From Clostridia bacterium (GTDB lineage: Bacteria > Bacillota > Clostridia > Lachnospirales > Anaerotignaceae), in assembly GCA_900757025.1 (NCBI GenBank), contig CAAEMG010000007.1:7976-71975 (forward strand): a DNA stretch of 64,000 bases, in the 5' to 3' direction. Below, piece after piece: positions 10,297 to 18,502 of this stretch. The notes under the pieces are model-generated. The model was given only the letters and a program-made list of their open reading frames with translations, ran no database searches and had not been told where the DNA came from. The translations under genes were made by a program, and so were the position numbers. Every line of letters starts with the position of its first letter. Positions within the stretch are counted from its first letter, which is position 1.

Positions 10297-10350
10297 ATTT
10301 ATTGCTTTTTGTCATTCTAAGCATAGCGAAGTTGAAGAATTTCATAAATC
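10297..10350 (+). repeat. Mosaic intergenic repeat, copy R2 (short hairpin unit)
   Basis: CTTTTTGTCATTCTAAGCATAGCGAAG...GAAGAATTTCATAAA. Carries the same TTTTGTCATNNTRAGC box as the other copies. Confidence 0.55.
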
Positions 10351-10394
10351 CAAACGAAATTCATAATTTAATAACAGTTTTTTTGAAACTATTT

Positions 10395-10419
10395 GTGCGG
10401 CGTTATACCGCACTTTTTT
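10395..10419 (+). terminator. Intrinsic terminator after the GH3 gene
   Basis: GTGCGGCGTTATACCGCAC followed by TTTTTT. Confidence 0.75.
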
Positions 10420-10510
10420 GTTGCAAATGCAACGCCTTATCTATGTATGTTTTGTTAAAATAAAGGCATATTAAAAACAAAAACCCATTGCAAAAACAGG
10501 AGGAAATAAA

Positions 10511-12070
10511 ATGGATAAAATGTTTTGCTTTCAGTGTCAGCAGACGGCACACAATACAGGCTGTGAAGGCAGATGCGGAGTTTGCGGAAAAAAAGAAGAT
10601 ACGGCAAATGCACAGGATAATCTTACAAGCTCTCTTATAGGCCTTGCCAAAGCCGTAAAAAAATGCGGAGCAACAAAAACTTCCGATGAGCTTATTTTAA
10701 AAGGACTTTTTACAACAATAACAAATGTAAATTTCTATACAGAAACAGTTGAAAAACTTACGGCAGAAATTGAAAATGAAAAAAATTCAATCTGCGGCGG
10801 CACGGAAAATTATGACGTTAAAAAAATATGGGAAGACAACGAAGATATTCGTTCTTTAAAATCACTTATACTTTTCGGCATGAGAGGTATGGCGGCATAT
10901 GCCTACCATGCTTTTGCCCTTGGATATACGGATAAAGACGTAACAGACTTTTTCTATGAAGGCCTTTGTGCATTGGCAGAAGAAAACACAATGGAAAAAC
11001 TTTTGCCCGTTGTTTTAAAAACAGGCGAGGCAAACTTTAACTGTATGGCTCTTCTTGATAAGGCAAATACAGAAAGCTACGGAAATCCCGTTCCTACGGA
11101 AGTTCCTCTTACAATAGAAAAAGGGCCTTTTATAGTTGTAAGCGGACATGACCTTCACGACCTTAAACTTCTTTTGGAACAGACAAAGGACAAAGGCATA
11201 AATATTTATACCCACAGCGAAATGCTTCCTGCCCACGGCTATCCAGAGCTTAAAAAATATAAGCATTTAAAGGGAAATTTCGGCACGGCATGGCAAAGCC
11301 AGCAGTCGGAATTTCATAATATTCCCGCACCGATACTTTTTACAACAAACTGTCTTATGCCTGTACGCCAAAGCTACGCCGACAGAGTTTTCACAACTTC
11401 AGTTGTTTCATATCCGGAGCTTGTGCATATAGGCGAAGACAAAGATTTTACGCCTGTTATAGAAAAAGCGCTTGAATGCGGAGGATACAAAGAAGACCAC
11501 CCTATGACGGGAATAAACGGCGGAAGCACAGTAATGACAGGCTTTGCACATAACGCCGTATTGGAAAACGCAGGAAAAATAGTTGATTTGGTTAAAAAAG
11601 GAAAAATAAAGCATTTCTTCCTTGTGGGCGGATGCGACGGCGCAGCACCGGGCAGAAGCTATTACACAGAATTTGCAAAGAAAACACCTATGGACACAAT
11701 TATTCTTACTCTTGCCTGCGGAAAATACAGAATAAACGATTTGGATTTGGGCAATATAGAAGGACTTCCGAGAATTATGGACATGGGACAGTGCAACGAC
11801 GCCTACAGTGCCGTAAAAGTTGCTCTGGCTCTTGCCGAGGCTTTCAACTGTTCCGTAAACGAACTTCCTCTTACTCTTGTGCTTTCATGGTATGAGCAGA
11901 AGGCTGTGGCAATACTTCTTTCACTGCTTTATTTGGGAATAAAGAATATTTACCTCGGTCCTACACTTCCGGCTTTTGTATCGCCTAACGTGCTTAATTT
12001 CCTTGTGGAAAATTACAATATTTCGCCTATAAGCACACCGGAAGAAGATTTGAAAAAAATACTTGGGTAA
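10511..12070 (+). CDS. hcp: Hydroxylamine reductase / hybrid-cluster protein
   Basis: N-terminal Cys cluster MFCFQCQQT..C..C..C, 519 aa, Hcp pattern throughout. GGAGG lies 7 nt upstream. Confidence 0.9.
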   Translation: MDKMFCFQCQQTAHNTGCEGRCGVCGKKEDTANAQDNLTSSLIGLAKAVKKCGATKTSDELILKGLFTTITNVNFYTETVEKLTAEIENEKNSICGGTENYDVKKIWEDNEDIRSLKSLILFGMRGMAAYAYHAFALGYTDKDVTDFFYEGLCALAEENTMEKLLPVVLKTGEANFNCMALLDKANTESYGNPVPTEVPLTIEKGPFIVVSGHDLHDLKLLLEQTKDKGINIYTHSEMLPAHGYPELKKYKHLKGNFGTAWQSQQSEFHNIPAPILFTTNCLMPVRQSYADRVFTTSVVSYPELVHIGEDKDFTPVIEKALECGGYKEDHPMTGINGGSTVMTGFAHNAVLENAGKIVDLVKKGKIKHFFLVGGCDGAAPGRSYYTEFAKKTPMDTIILTLACGKYRINDLDLGNIEGLPRIMDMGQCNDAYSAVKVALALAEAFNCSVNELPLTLVLSWYEQKAVAILLSLLYLGIKNIYLGPTLPAFVSPNVLNFLVENYNISPISTPEEDLKKILG

Positions 12071-12185
12071 ATTTTGATTTAACGGACAGTTCCATTTATC
12101 AAAAACCGCCAATATTTTGTCATTGTTATTTTTCATTTTGAGCAACGAAATCTTCGTGTTTCGCAGCTCAACATAACAAATATTA
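12071..12185 (+). repeat. Mosaic intergenic repeat, copy R3 (5' box plus TIR pair)
   Basis: ATTTTGATTTAACGG box. Left TIR AATATTTTGTCATTG..TTGAGC (12111-) and inverted partner GCTCAACATAACAAATATT (12165-12183). Confidence 0.65.
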
Positions 12186-12202
12186 TAATAAACACATTAA
12201 AA

Positions 12203-12229
12203 AAAGTTCTTTCCGACAGAAAGAACTTT
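12203..12229. terminator. Bidirectional terminator between hcp and the CDF gene
   Basis: AAAGTTCTTTC-CGACA-GAAAGAACTTT flanked by an A-run and a T-run. Confidence 0.8.
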
Positions 12230-12235
12230 TTATTT

Positions 12236-13414
12236 TTATACCCTTGAAATTGTATATGCCCTGTCTATTTTAACAATGGCTCTGTAGGAACTGTTCACAT
12301 CTCTTACACACCTTACAATTTCGCTTTTTATTTCTTTATCGCTTTGTTTAATTTCAAAAGGCACAGACGCATCGAATATAACATTTGTATGTTCTCCCGA
12401 AACAACCATTCTGAAATCGTGTATTGAAATTTTATCGGATATTTTATTTGCTATTTCATTTGTAACGGCTTCTTTTGCTTTGTTTATAACTTCGTTGTCG
12501 CTTTCTATAGGGTCCATATGTATAACCGCTTCACAGCCAAGACGATGGGAAAGTTCCTCTTCAATATGGTCTATAGCACTATGTATTTTAAATATGTTTT
12601 CGTTTCCCGAAACCTCGGCATGAAGAGATATTATAAGTCTTTCGGGGCCGTAATCGTGAACTATAAGGTCGTGCATACCAAGTATTACATCATGCGAAAG
12701 AACTATCTCCTCTATTTTTTCAACTGTCTCCGGATCGGGCTGTGTTCCCAAAAGAGGCTTCATTGAGTCTTTGGCGGCATTATAGCCTGTATAAAGAATA
12801 AATAACGATACGGCAATTCCGCCGAAACCGTCAAGATTAACGCCAAAAAATTTAATTACTATCATCGAAAGAAGAACAACACTTGTGGCAACAACATCGC
12901 TGAGGCTGTCCAAGGCTGTTGCTTTCATGGCAGCAGAATCTATTTTTTTGCCCACACGTCTGTTATAAAAACACATATAAAGCTTAACGGTTATTGAGCA
13001 ACCAAGTATAACCATTGTAAGAACATCACTTGTTACATCAGTAGGATGAAGTACCTTTTCAACAGATGTTTTTGCCAGCTCCACGCCCATTACCAGTATA
13101 ATTACCGAAACTATAAAGCCTGAAATATATTCAAACCTTCCGTGGCCGAAAGGGTGATCCTCGTCGGGCTTTTTTTCGGCATAAACAAATCCGGCAAGCG
13201 TTATAAAAGACGAACCGGCATCTGAAAGGTTATTAAAGGCATCAGCCGTTATGGCTATCGACCCGCTTACCGTTCCGGCAAAATACTTAAATGCAAAAAG
13301 GCAGAAATTCAGAAAAATCCCCACAAAACCGCAGAGCGTTCCATATAAACTTCTTTTTTTGCTTTCCGATAAATTTTTATTTTCTATTATAAGTTTAGAT
13401 AATAATGTAATCAT
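12236..13414 (-). CDS. Cation diffusion facilitator (CDF) family metal efflux transporter
   Basis: ..AGTVSGSIAITADAFNNLSDAGSS.. and a C-terminal cytoplasmic domain. Start is either ATG 13414 (MITLL) or TTG 13420. Confidence 0.85.
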   Translation of the reverse strand: MITLLSKLIIENKNLSESKKRSLYGTLCGFVGIFLNFCLFAFKYFAGTVSGSIAITADAFNNLSDAGSSFITLAGFVYAEKKPDEDHPFGHGRFEYISGFIVSVIILVMGVELAKTSVEKVLHPTDVTSDVLTMVILGCSITVKLYMCFYNRRVGKKIDSAAMKATALDSLSDVVATSVVLLSMIVIKFFGVNLDGFGGIAVSLFILYTGYNAAKDSMKPLLGTQPDPETVEKIEEIVLSHDVILGMHDLIVHDYGPERLIISLHAEVSGNENIFKIHSAIDHIEEELSHRLGCEAVIHMDPIESDNEVINKAKEAVTNEIANKISDKISIHDFRMVVSGEHTNVIFDASVPFEIKQSDKEIKSEIVRCVRDVNSSYRAIVKIDRAYTISRV

Positions 13415-13469
13415 ATTCAATCATTCCTTTTGCACTATTTTATATTCAAAAACAACGGTTTACAAGACA

Positions 13470-13770
13470 ATTTTGGTAAAAGAACCCTAATTGATAATAC
13501 CGTCCGGTTGCTTATGAAAGCGTTGGCAAAAAATAAACACACAATAATAAAAAATAGTAGGCAAAAGCAATAAAAGTAATACATGGTAACAAATCAAAAG
13601 TTGGGTAATACTTTTCTTTGCCGAAAACCATCAATATTTTGTCGTGTTGAGCGAATGTCGCAAGACCGCAGTCGAATACATGAAAAAAACGATAAACTTA
13701 CGGGTTTCGTCTAATCTCATAAGTTCTTTCGGCTCCGTTTCATTTCGCTTAGGATAACAAAATATTTTAG
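13470..13770 (+). repeat. Mosaic intergenic repeat, copy R4 (TIR pair enclosing about 90 bp)
   Basis: Left TIR CAATATTTTGTCGTGTTGAGCGAA (13632-13655). Inverted partner TTTCGCTTAGGATAACAAAATATTTT (13743-13768). Upstream pieces are shared with R1 and R6. Confidence 0.65.
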
Positions 13771-13870
13771 ATTTTAAACTATTCGCCAAGCCATAATTTT
13801 TCTTCCCCACACAGCAAAAAACAGTGCCGTGAATTAAATTCCCGACACTGCCTTTTTTAAATTTCATTCA

Positions 13871-16393
13871 TTATTCTTTTTCGGAATCGTCTTTAGACTC
13901 TTCTGTGTTTTCTTTGCTTTTTTCATCCTCTGTAGCCTGTTTTTTAATTTCAAAATCAGCCTTGAGGTCAAACTGTGCCTCGCCGTCCTTTGCACTTACT
14001 ACAACCGTATCGCCGGCTTTGAACTTGCCGTCAAGGAAGCTTTCCGCAAAAGCATCTTCGATTTTGCTCTGTAAAGCTCTTCTTAAAGGTCTTGCGCCGT
14101 ATGCCGGATCAAAGCCTTCTTTTGCAATATAGTCTATTGCACTGTCGTCAAATTCAACTGTAATATCCATGTTTTCGTCAACACGTTTTACAATATCCTT
14201 AGCCATAAGCTTTACGATTTCTTTTACGTTTTCTTCGTTAAGGGCATGGAATACGATTATATCATCAATTCTGTTAAGAAATTCCGGTCTGAAAATGTTT
14301 TTAAGGTCAGCCATAACGCCTTTTTTCATTTCGTCATATGTCTTTTCCTTCTGCTCAACTTCGCCGTTCTTAAATCCAAGTGTCTTAGATTCAACAATGT
14401 TTCTTGCGCCTGCGTTTGATGTCATAATTATAACGGTATTCTTAAAGTCTACCTTTCTGCCCTGACCGTCTGTAATATGGCCATCATCAAGAACCTGAAG
14501 AAGTACGTTAAATACATCAGGAGAAGCCTTTTCAATTTCATCGAAAAGAACTACCGAATAAGGTTTTCTTCTTACCTTTTCGCTAAGCTGTCCGCCTTCT
14601 TCATATCCTACATATCCCGGAGGAGCACCGATAAGTTTTGACACATCGAATTTTTCCATATATTCGCTCATATCAATTCTTATCATAGCGTTTTCATCGC
14701 CGAAAAGAACTTCCGCAAGAGCCTTTGAAAGCTCTGTTTTACCAACACCTGTAGGGCCTAAGAAAAGGAATGAACCTATAGGTCTCTTAGGGTCTTTAAG
14801 GCCAACTCTGCCACGTCTTATTGCCTTTGCAACGGCTGATACTGCCTCTTCCTGTCCGATTACTCTTTCATGGAGAATTTTTTCCATGTTAAGAAGTCTT
14901 TCGCCTTCCTCCTGCTGAATACTCTTTACAGGAATACCTGTCCAGTTTGCAATTACATCGGCAATTTCGTTTTCCGTAACAACTTTATCTTTTGAAGAGT
15001 TTTTAAGCTCCCAGTTTTTCTTTGCGTCCTCAAGTTTCTTTTTAAGGCCGTCCTGCTGTTTCTTAACCTTTGAAGCCTTTTCAAAGTCTTCTGTTTTAAC
15101 AGCCTCTTCCTTTTCTTTTTCAAGAGATGAAAGCTCGTCTTCAAGTTCTTTTATACCGCTTGGAGCTGTAAATGTTTCAAGACGCATTTTTGATGCAGCT
15201 TCATCAATAAGGTCGATAGCCTTATCCGGAAGAAATCTGTCTGTAATATATCTTGAACTCATCTTTACGGCTGCCTCGATAGCCTCATCGCTGATTTTTA
15301 CATTGTGGTGAGCCTCATATTTATCTCTTAAACCGTAAAGCATTTTAATTGCTGCCTCTTCGTCAGGCTCTTCAACCTTTACAGGCTGGAAACGTCTTTC
15401 AAGGGCTGCATCTTTTTCGATATATTTTCTGTATTCGTTTATTGTTGTTGCACCTATAAGCTGAATTTCGCCTCTTGCAAGAGATGGTTTCAAAATATTT
15501 GACGCATCTATTGCACCTTCGGCACCGCCGGCACCTATAATTGTATGGATTTCATCAATAAAGAGAATTACATGACCGTCTTTTTTAACTTCGTCCATTA
15601 CAGATTTAATTCTTTCCTCAAATTCGCCTCTGTATTTGCTGCCTGCAACCATTGATGAAATATCAAGGCAGACAACTCTTTTGTCTTTAAGTATTTCGGG
15701 AATATCGCCTTTGGCAATTTTCTGTGCAAGACCTTCGGCAATAGCTGTTTTACCAACACCAGGGTCGCCCACAAGACAAGGATTGTTCTTTGTTCTTCGG
15801 CTTAAAATCTGAATTACTCTGTCAATTTCCTTATCACGGCCTATAATAGGGTCAAACTTGTTGTCCTTTGCCATCTGTGTAAAATCTCTGCTGTATTTAT
15901 CAAGGTTTGGTGTGTTGCCTTCGCCTGTTGAAGCCGATGAAGAACCGTTTCCGTCTTTTTCGCCTTCACCCAGCATATTCATTACATCTTCATAAATTCT
16001 CTGGATATTTGCACCCAAAGATGCAAGAATTTTAACGGCAATGCAGTCGCTTTCGCTTAAAAGAGCAATAAGAATATGCTCTGTGCCAACATAGCCTGCC
16101 TGAAGGTTTACAGCCTCCTGAACACTTCTGTCTATAATTCTTTTAACTCTCGGTGTATAGCCTTCGGCACCTGATGTGCTGTTGCCTCTGCCGATAACCG
16201 TTTCAACTTTATCCCAAACATCGCTGCGGCTTATGCCCTGGCTTTCAATGGCTTTTGCAGCCACGCTGTCGCTTACAGACATAATGCCGATAAGAAGATG
16301 TTCTGTTCCTATATAATCATGGCCAAGATCATAAGCGGCTTCCTGTGCCTTTCTTATAACTTCCTGTGCCTTTTCAGTAAATTTTCCCTGCAT
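13871..16393 (-). CDS. clpC: ATP-dependent Clp protease ATP-binding subunit ClpC
   Basis: 840 aa with a double Clp-N repeat, two AAA+ modules (GDPGVGKT, GPTGVGKT) and a UVR-like linker. There is an extra acidic C-terminal tail. Confidence 0.95.
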   Translation of the reverse strand: MQGKFTEKAQEVIRKAQEAAYDLGHDYIGTEHLLIGIMSVSDSVAAKAIESQGISRSDVWDKVETVIGRGNSTSGAEGYTPRVKRIIDRSVQEAVNLQAGYVGTEHILIALLSESDCIAVKILASLGANIQRIYEDVMNMLGEGEKDGNGSSSASTGEGNTPNLDKYSRDFTQMAKDNKFDPIIGRDKEIDRVIQILSRRTKNNPCLVGDPGVGKTAIAEGLAQKIAKGDIPEILKDKRVVCLDISSMVAGSKYRGEFEERIKSVMDEVKKDGHVILFIDEIHTIIGAGGAEGAIDASNILKPSLARGEIQLIGATTINEYRKYIEKDAALERRFQPVKVEEPDEEAAIKMLYGLRDKYEAHHNVKISDEAIEAAVKMSSRYITDRFLPDKAIDLIDEAASKMRLETFTAPSGIKELEDELSSLEKEKEEAVKTEDFEKASKVKKQQDGLKKKLEDAKKNWELKNSSKDKVVTENEIADVIANWTGIPVKSIQQEEGERLLNMEKILHERVIGQEEAVSAVAKAIRRGRVGLKDPKRPIGSFLFLGPTGVGKTELSKALAEVLFGDENAMIRIDMSEYMEKFDVSKLIGAPPGYVGYEEGGQLSEKVRRKPYSVVLFDEIEKASPDVFNVLLQVLDDGHITDGQGRKVDFKNTVIIMTSNAGARNIVESKTLGFKNGEVEQKEKTYDEMKKGVMADLKNIFRPEFLNRIDDIIVFHALNEENVKEIVKLMAKDIVKRVDENMDITVEFDDSAIDYIAKEGFDPAYGARPLRRALQSKIEDAFAESFLDGKFKAGDTVVVSAKDGEAQFDLKADFEIKKQATEDEKSKENTEESKDDSEKE

Positions 16394-16416
16394 AATTCAA
16401 GCCTCCTTTTTTCAGC

Positions 16417-17445
16417 TTAATTTTTAAATGTTCTTCTAAGGTAATCCGCTCTTGCCTCATCACGCTTGTTTACATCATTTGTGTTTGAGGAAAGCTGTAT
16501 ATTGCCCGGCTGAACATTTATCATAATATTATATATTGTTTCGTTTACCTTTGGAATATCCGAAAGCCCTAAAAGATAACCCTCTCTTATATTTGAAAGG
16601 TGTTTCATTGCTTCCGAACCCGATATTTTTCTTGCATTTTGAATTATTCCCAGTGAACGGTAAATTCTGTCCTCGGTTTCAATTCTTTCGTTTTTCATGT
16701 GGCTTTCTCTTATTTTCAGCTCTCTGTCTTTAACAAATTTAACCACATTTTTAAGATTTTTGATAATCTCCTGCTCGCTCTGACCCAGTGTAACCTGATT
16801 TGAAATTTGATATATGCTGCCCAAAGCCTCGCTGCCTTCGCCGTAAATTCCTCGTATTGTTACGCCGAATTTACTTATGGCTTCAAGAAGATTTTTCATC
16901 TGTCCCGCTCTTTCTATAAAGGGCAGGTGCATCATAAACGATGCCCTAAGCCCTGTACCCATATTTGTAGGACAGGCTGTTATATAGCCATATTTTTCAT
17001 TGTAGGCATATTCAACGCTTTCTTCAATAAGGTCATCTATTTTATCGGCTAAATCCCAAGCTTTATCAATGTTTTCGCCGGGAAATACCGTTTGTATTCT
17101 TATGTGGTCTTCTTCGTTAAGCATTATGCTTACGGTTTCATCGTTTTTTACAAGCACTGCACAGTTTTTGTTTTTGCTTAAAAGCACAGGGCTTATAATA
17201 TGTTTTTCCATAAGCTCTTTTTTCTTTAAAGCCGGAAGATAATTAACCTCTATAAACTCAAAATCCTTTGAAATAGGAGTTCTTTCGTTTACTATAGCGT
17301 CCTTAACCTCATCAATCATCTGTTTCGTCTGGGTTTCATTCATAGTTTCGGGGAAAGGATACTTTTTAAGGTTTCTTGCCAATCTCACTCTTGAGGAAAT
17401 AACTATGCCTTCATTACAGGCGCTGTCTTCATACCATTTTGACAT
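16417..17445 (-). CDS. mcsB: Protein arginine kinase McsB
   Basis: ATP:guanido phosphotransferase pattern (..SSRVRLARNL.., ..CPTNMGTGLRAS..). ATG 17445 follows the mcsA stop, with AAGGAGG upstream. Confidence 0.9.
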   Translation of the reverse strand: MSKWYEDSACNEGIVISSRVRLARNLKKYPFPETMNETQTKQMIDEVKDAIVNERTPISKDFEFIEVNYLPALKKKELMEKHIISPVLLSKNKNCAVLVKNDETVSIMLNEEDHIRIQTVFPGENIDKAWDLADKIDDLIEESVEYAYNEKYGYITACPTNMGTGLRASFMMHLPFIERAGQMKNLLEAISKFGVTIRGIYGEGSEALGSIYQISNQVTLGQSEQEIIKNLKNVVKFVKDRELKIRESHMKNERIETEDRIYRSLGIIQNARKISGSEAMKHLSNIREGYLLGLSDIPKVNETIYNIMINVQPGNIQLSSNTNDVNKRDEARADYLRRTFKN

Positions 17446-17446
17446 A

Positions 17447-17950
17447 TTATTTATCCTCCTTTTCAAGCTCTTTTATTCTGTCCCTAAGTTTTGCCGCCTC
17501 TTCATACTCTTCATTTTCTATTGCCGAAGCAAGCTTTCTTTTAAGAATTTCCTTTTCACGCTTTGCGGCAAGTTTACCTCCGCTTTTATGAGGAATTTTT
17601 CCTTTATGTTCATCACTGCCGTGAATACTTTTAAGAACCGAATCCATATATGGGCTGAAAGCCTTTATACAGTCTCCGCAGCCAAGTTTGCCGCTTTGCC
17701 TGAACTGGTCATAAGTCATGCCGCAGGAAGGACATCTTGCGGAAGCTATATTATGATATTCGTTTCCCAAAAAAGCATTGTCTGCCGTTACGTTAAACAA
17801 ATCCTTAAACATATTATCAAATGAAAAGCTTGTTGCGAGGCCGGCTTTTTCAGCACAATGGCTGCACAAATACATTTCTTTTACATCGCCGTTAATAACC
17901 TGTTTCATATGAACCGTTGCAGGGTTCTTTTTGCATCTTTCACAAAGCAT
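17447..17950 (-). CDS. mcsA: McsA (UvrB/UvrC-motif, zinc-finger activator of McsB)
   Basis: CxxC pairs (CERC, CSHC, CPSC, CGDC) and a UVR motif EEYEEAAKLRDRIKELE. Start ATG 17950 lies 7 nt after GGAGG. Confidence 0.85.
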   Translation of the reverse strand: MLCERCKKNPATVHMKQVINGDVKEMYLCSHCAEKAGLATSFSFDNMFKDLFNVTADNAFLGNEYHNIASARCPSCGMTYDQFRQSGKLGCGDCIKAFSPYMDSVLKSIHGSDEHKGKIPHKSGGKLAAKREKEILKRKLASAIENEEYEEAAKLRDRIKELEKEDK

Positions 17951-17966
17951 ACACAAGCCTCCTTTG

Positions 17967-17993
17967 TTAGCCACCTTGCTATTAGGTTGCTAA
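17967..17993 (-). promoter_or_regulatory. Proximal CIRCE-geometry inverted repeat TTAGCAACC-N9-GGTGGCTAA
   Basis: 9-N9-9 inverted repeat with 8/9 arm complementarity. It ends 4 nt (CAAA) before the mcsA SD. 13/18 arm matches to the CIRCE consensus TTAGCACTC-N9-GAGTGCTAA. Confidence 0.55.
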
Positions 17994-18040
17994 AGCATAT
18001 CCAAAATATAAGACCTTAACGGTCATTTTTTCTTTTTTTG

Positions 18041-18067
18041 TTAGCCACTAAACTATATGATTGCTAA
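18041..18067 (-). promoter_or_regulatory. Distal CIRCE-geometry inverted repeat TTAGCAATC-N9-AGTGGCTAA
   Basis: Direct repeat of the proximal element 74 bp away (shared TTAGCAA..TAG...GTGGCTAACAAA). It starts 12 nt after the putative -10. Confidence 0.55.
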
Positions 18068-18080
18068 CTTTTATAATGCT

Positions 18081-18108
18081 ATAATATCACTGTTTTTCTA
18101 TTTGTCAA
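18081..18108 (-). promoter_or_regulatory. Putative sigma-A promoter of mcsA-mcsB-clpC
   Basis: TTGACA (18108-18103), 16-nt spacer, TATTAT (18086-18081). Confidence 0.55.
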
Positions 18109-18238
18109 TAGTTTTTTTAAAATTTTTCAAAAAATTTTTAAACAGACATTTTTATATATTTTTCGACACTTTCACAAAACATTCATATTATAATCACATA
18201 ATATATTTGTAAACAGAAATAAACTTATTTAAAATAAA

Positions 18239-18263
18239 AGCCTGCTTTCAGAAAAAGCAGGCT
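18239..18263. terminator. Bidirectional terminator ending the feo operon
   Basis: AGCCTGCTTT-CAGAA-AAAGCAGGCT flanked by A/T runs. Confidence 0.8.
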
Positions 18264-18270
18264 TTTATTT

Positions 18271-18438
18271 TTATTTTTTATTCAATTCATCCATAAGCTG
18301 TTTGCTTGGACAGTCTTTAACGCTGCATCCGCTGCAACCGCCTCCGCAGCCGGTTGATTTTCTTTTTTTCATAACTCTTATGCTGTTTGCAACTATAAGT
18401 ATAACAACAAGCACAAGAAGAATATCCCATACAGACAT
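18271..18438 (-). CDS. FeoB-associated Cys-rich small membrane protein (55 aa, below the ORF-track cutoff)
   Basis: Hand translation gives MSVWDILLVLVVILIVANSIRVMKKRKSTGCGGGCSGCSVKDCPSKQLMDELNKK*. GGAGG lies 6 nt upstream and the gene is directly downstream of feoB. Confidence 0.75.
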   Translation of the reverse strand: MSVWDILLVLVVILIVANSIRVMKKRKSTGCGGGCSGCSVKDCPSKQLMDELNKK

Positions 18439-18502
18439 ATTATGCCTCCTTTTTTTCTCTTATATCCATATTACTATGTAAAGGAAACAAAATAAAGTAT
18501 TT

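Noticed and set aside
10421-10432. Palindrome TTGCA-AA-TGCAA upstream of hcp as a possible HcpR/CRP-FNR site.
   Set aside because: It is short (5-2-5) and does not match the HcpR-type motifs I remember. It lies directly after the upstream terminator and could be part of repeat copy R2 flanks.
17975-18110. CtsR operator (direct GGTCAAA heptads) upstream of mcsA.
   Set aside because: Only single GGTCAT and GGTCTT hexamers forming the palindrome GACC-GTTAA-GGTC (18012-18024) are present. There is no tandem heptad repeat on either strand.
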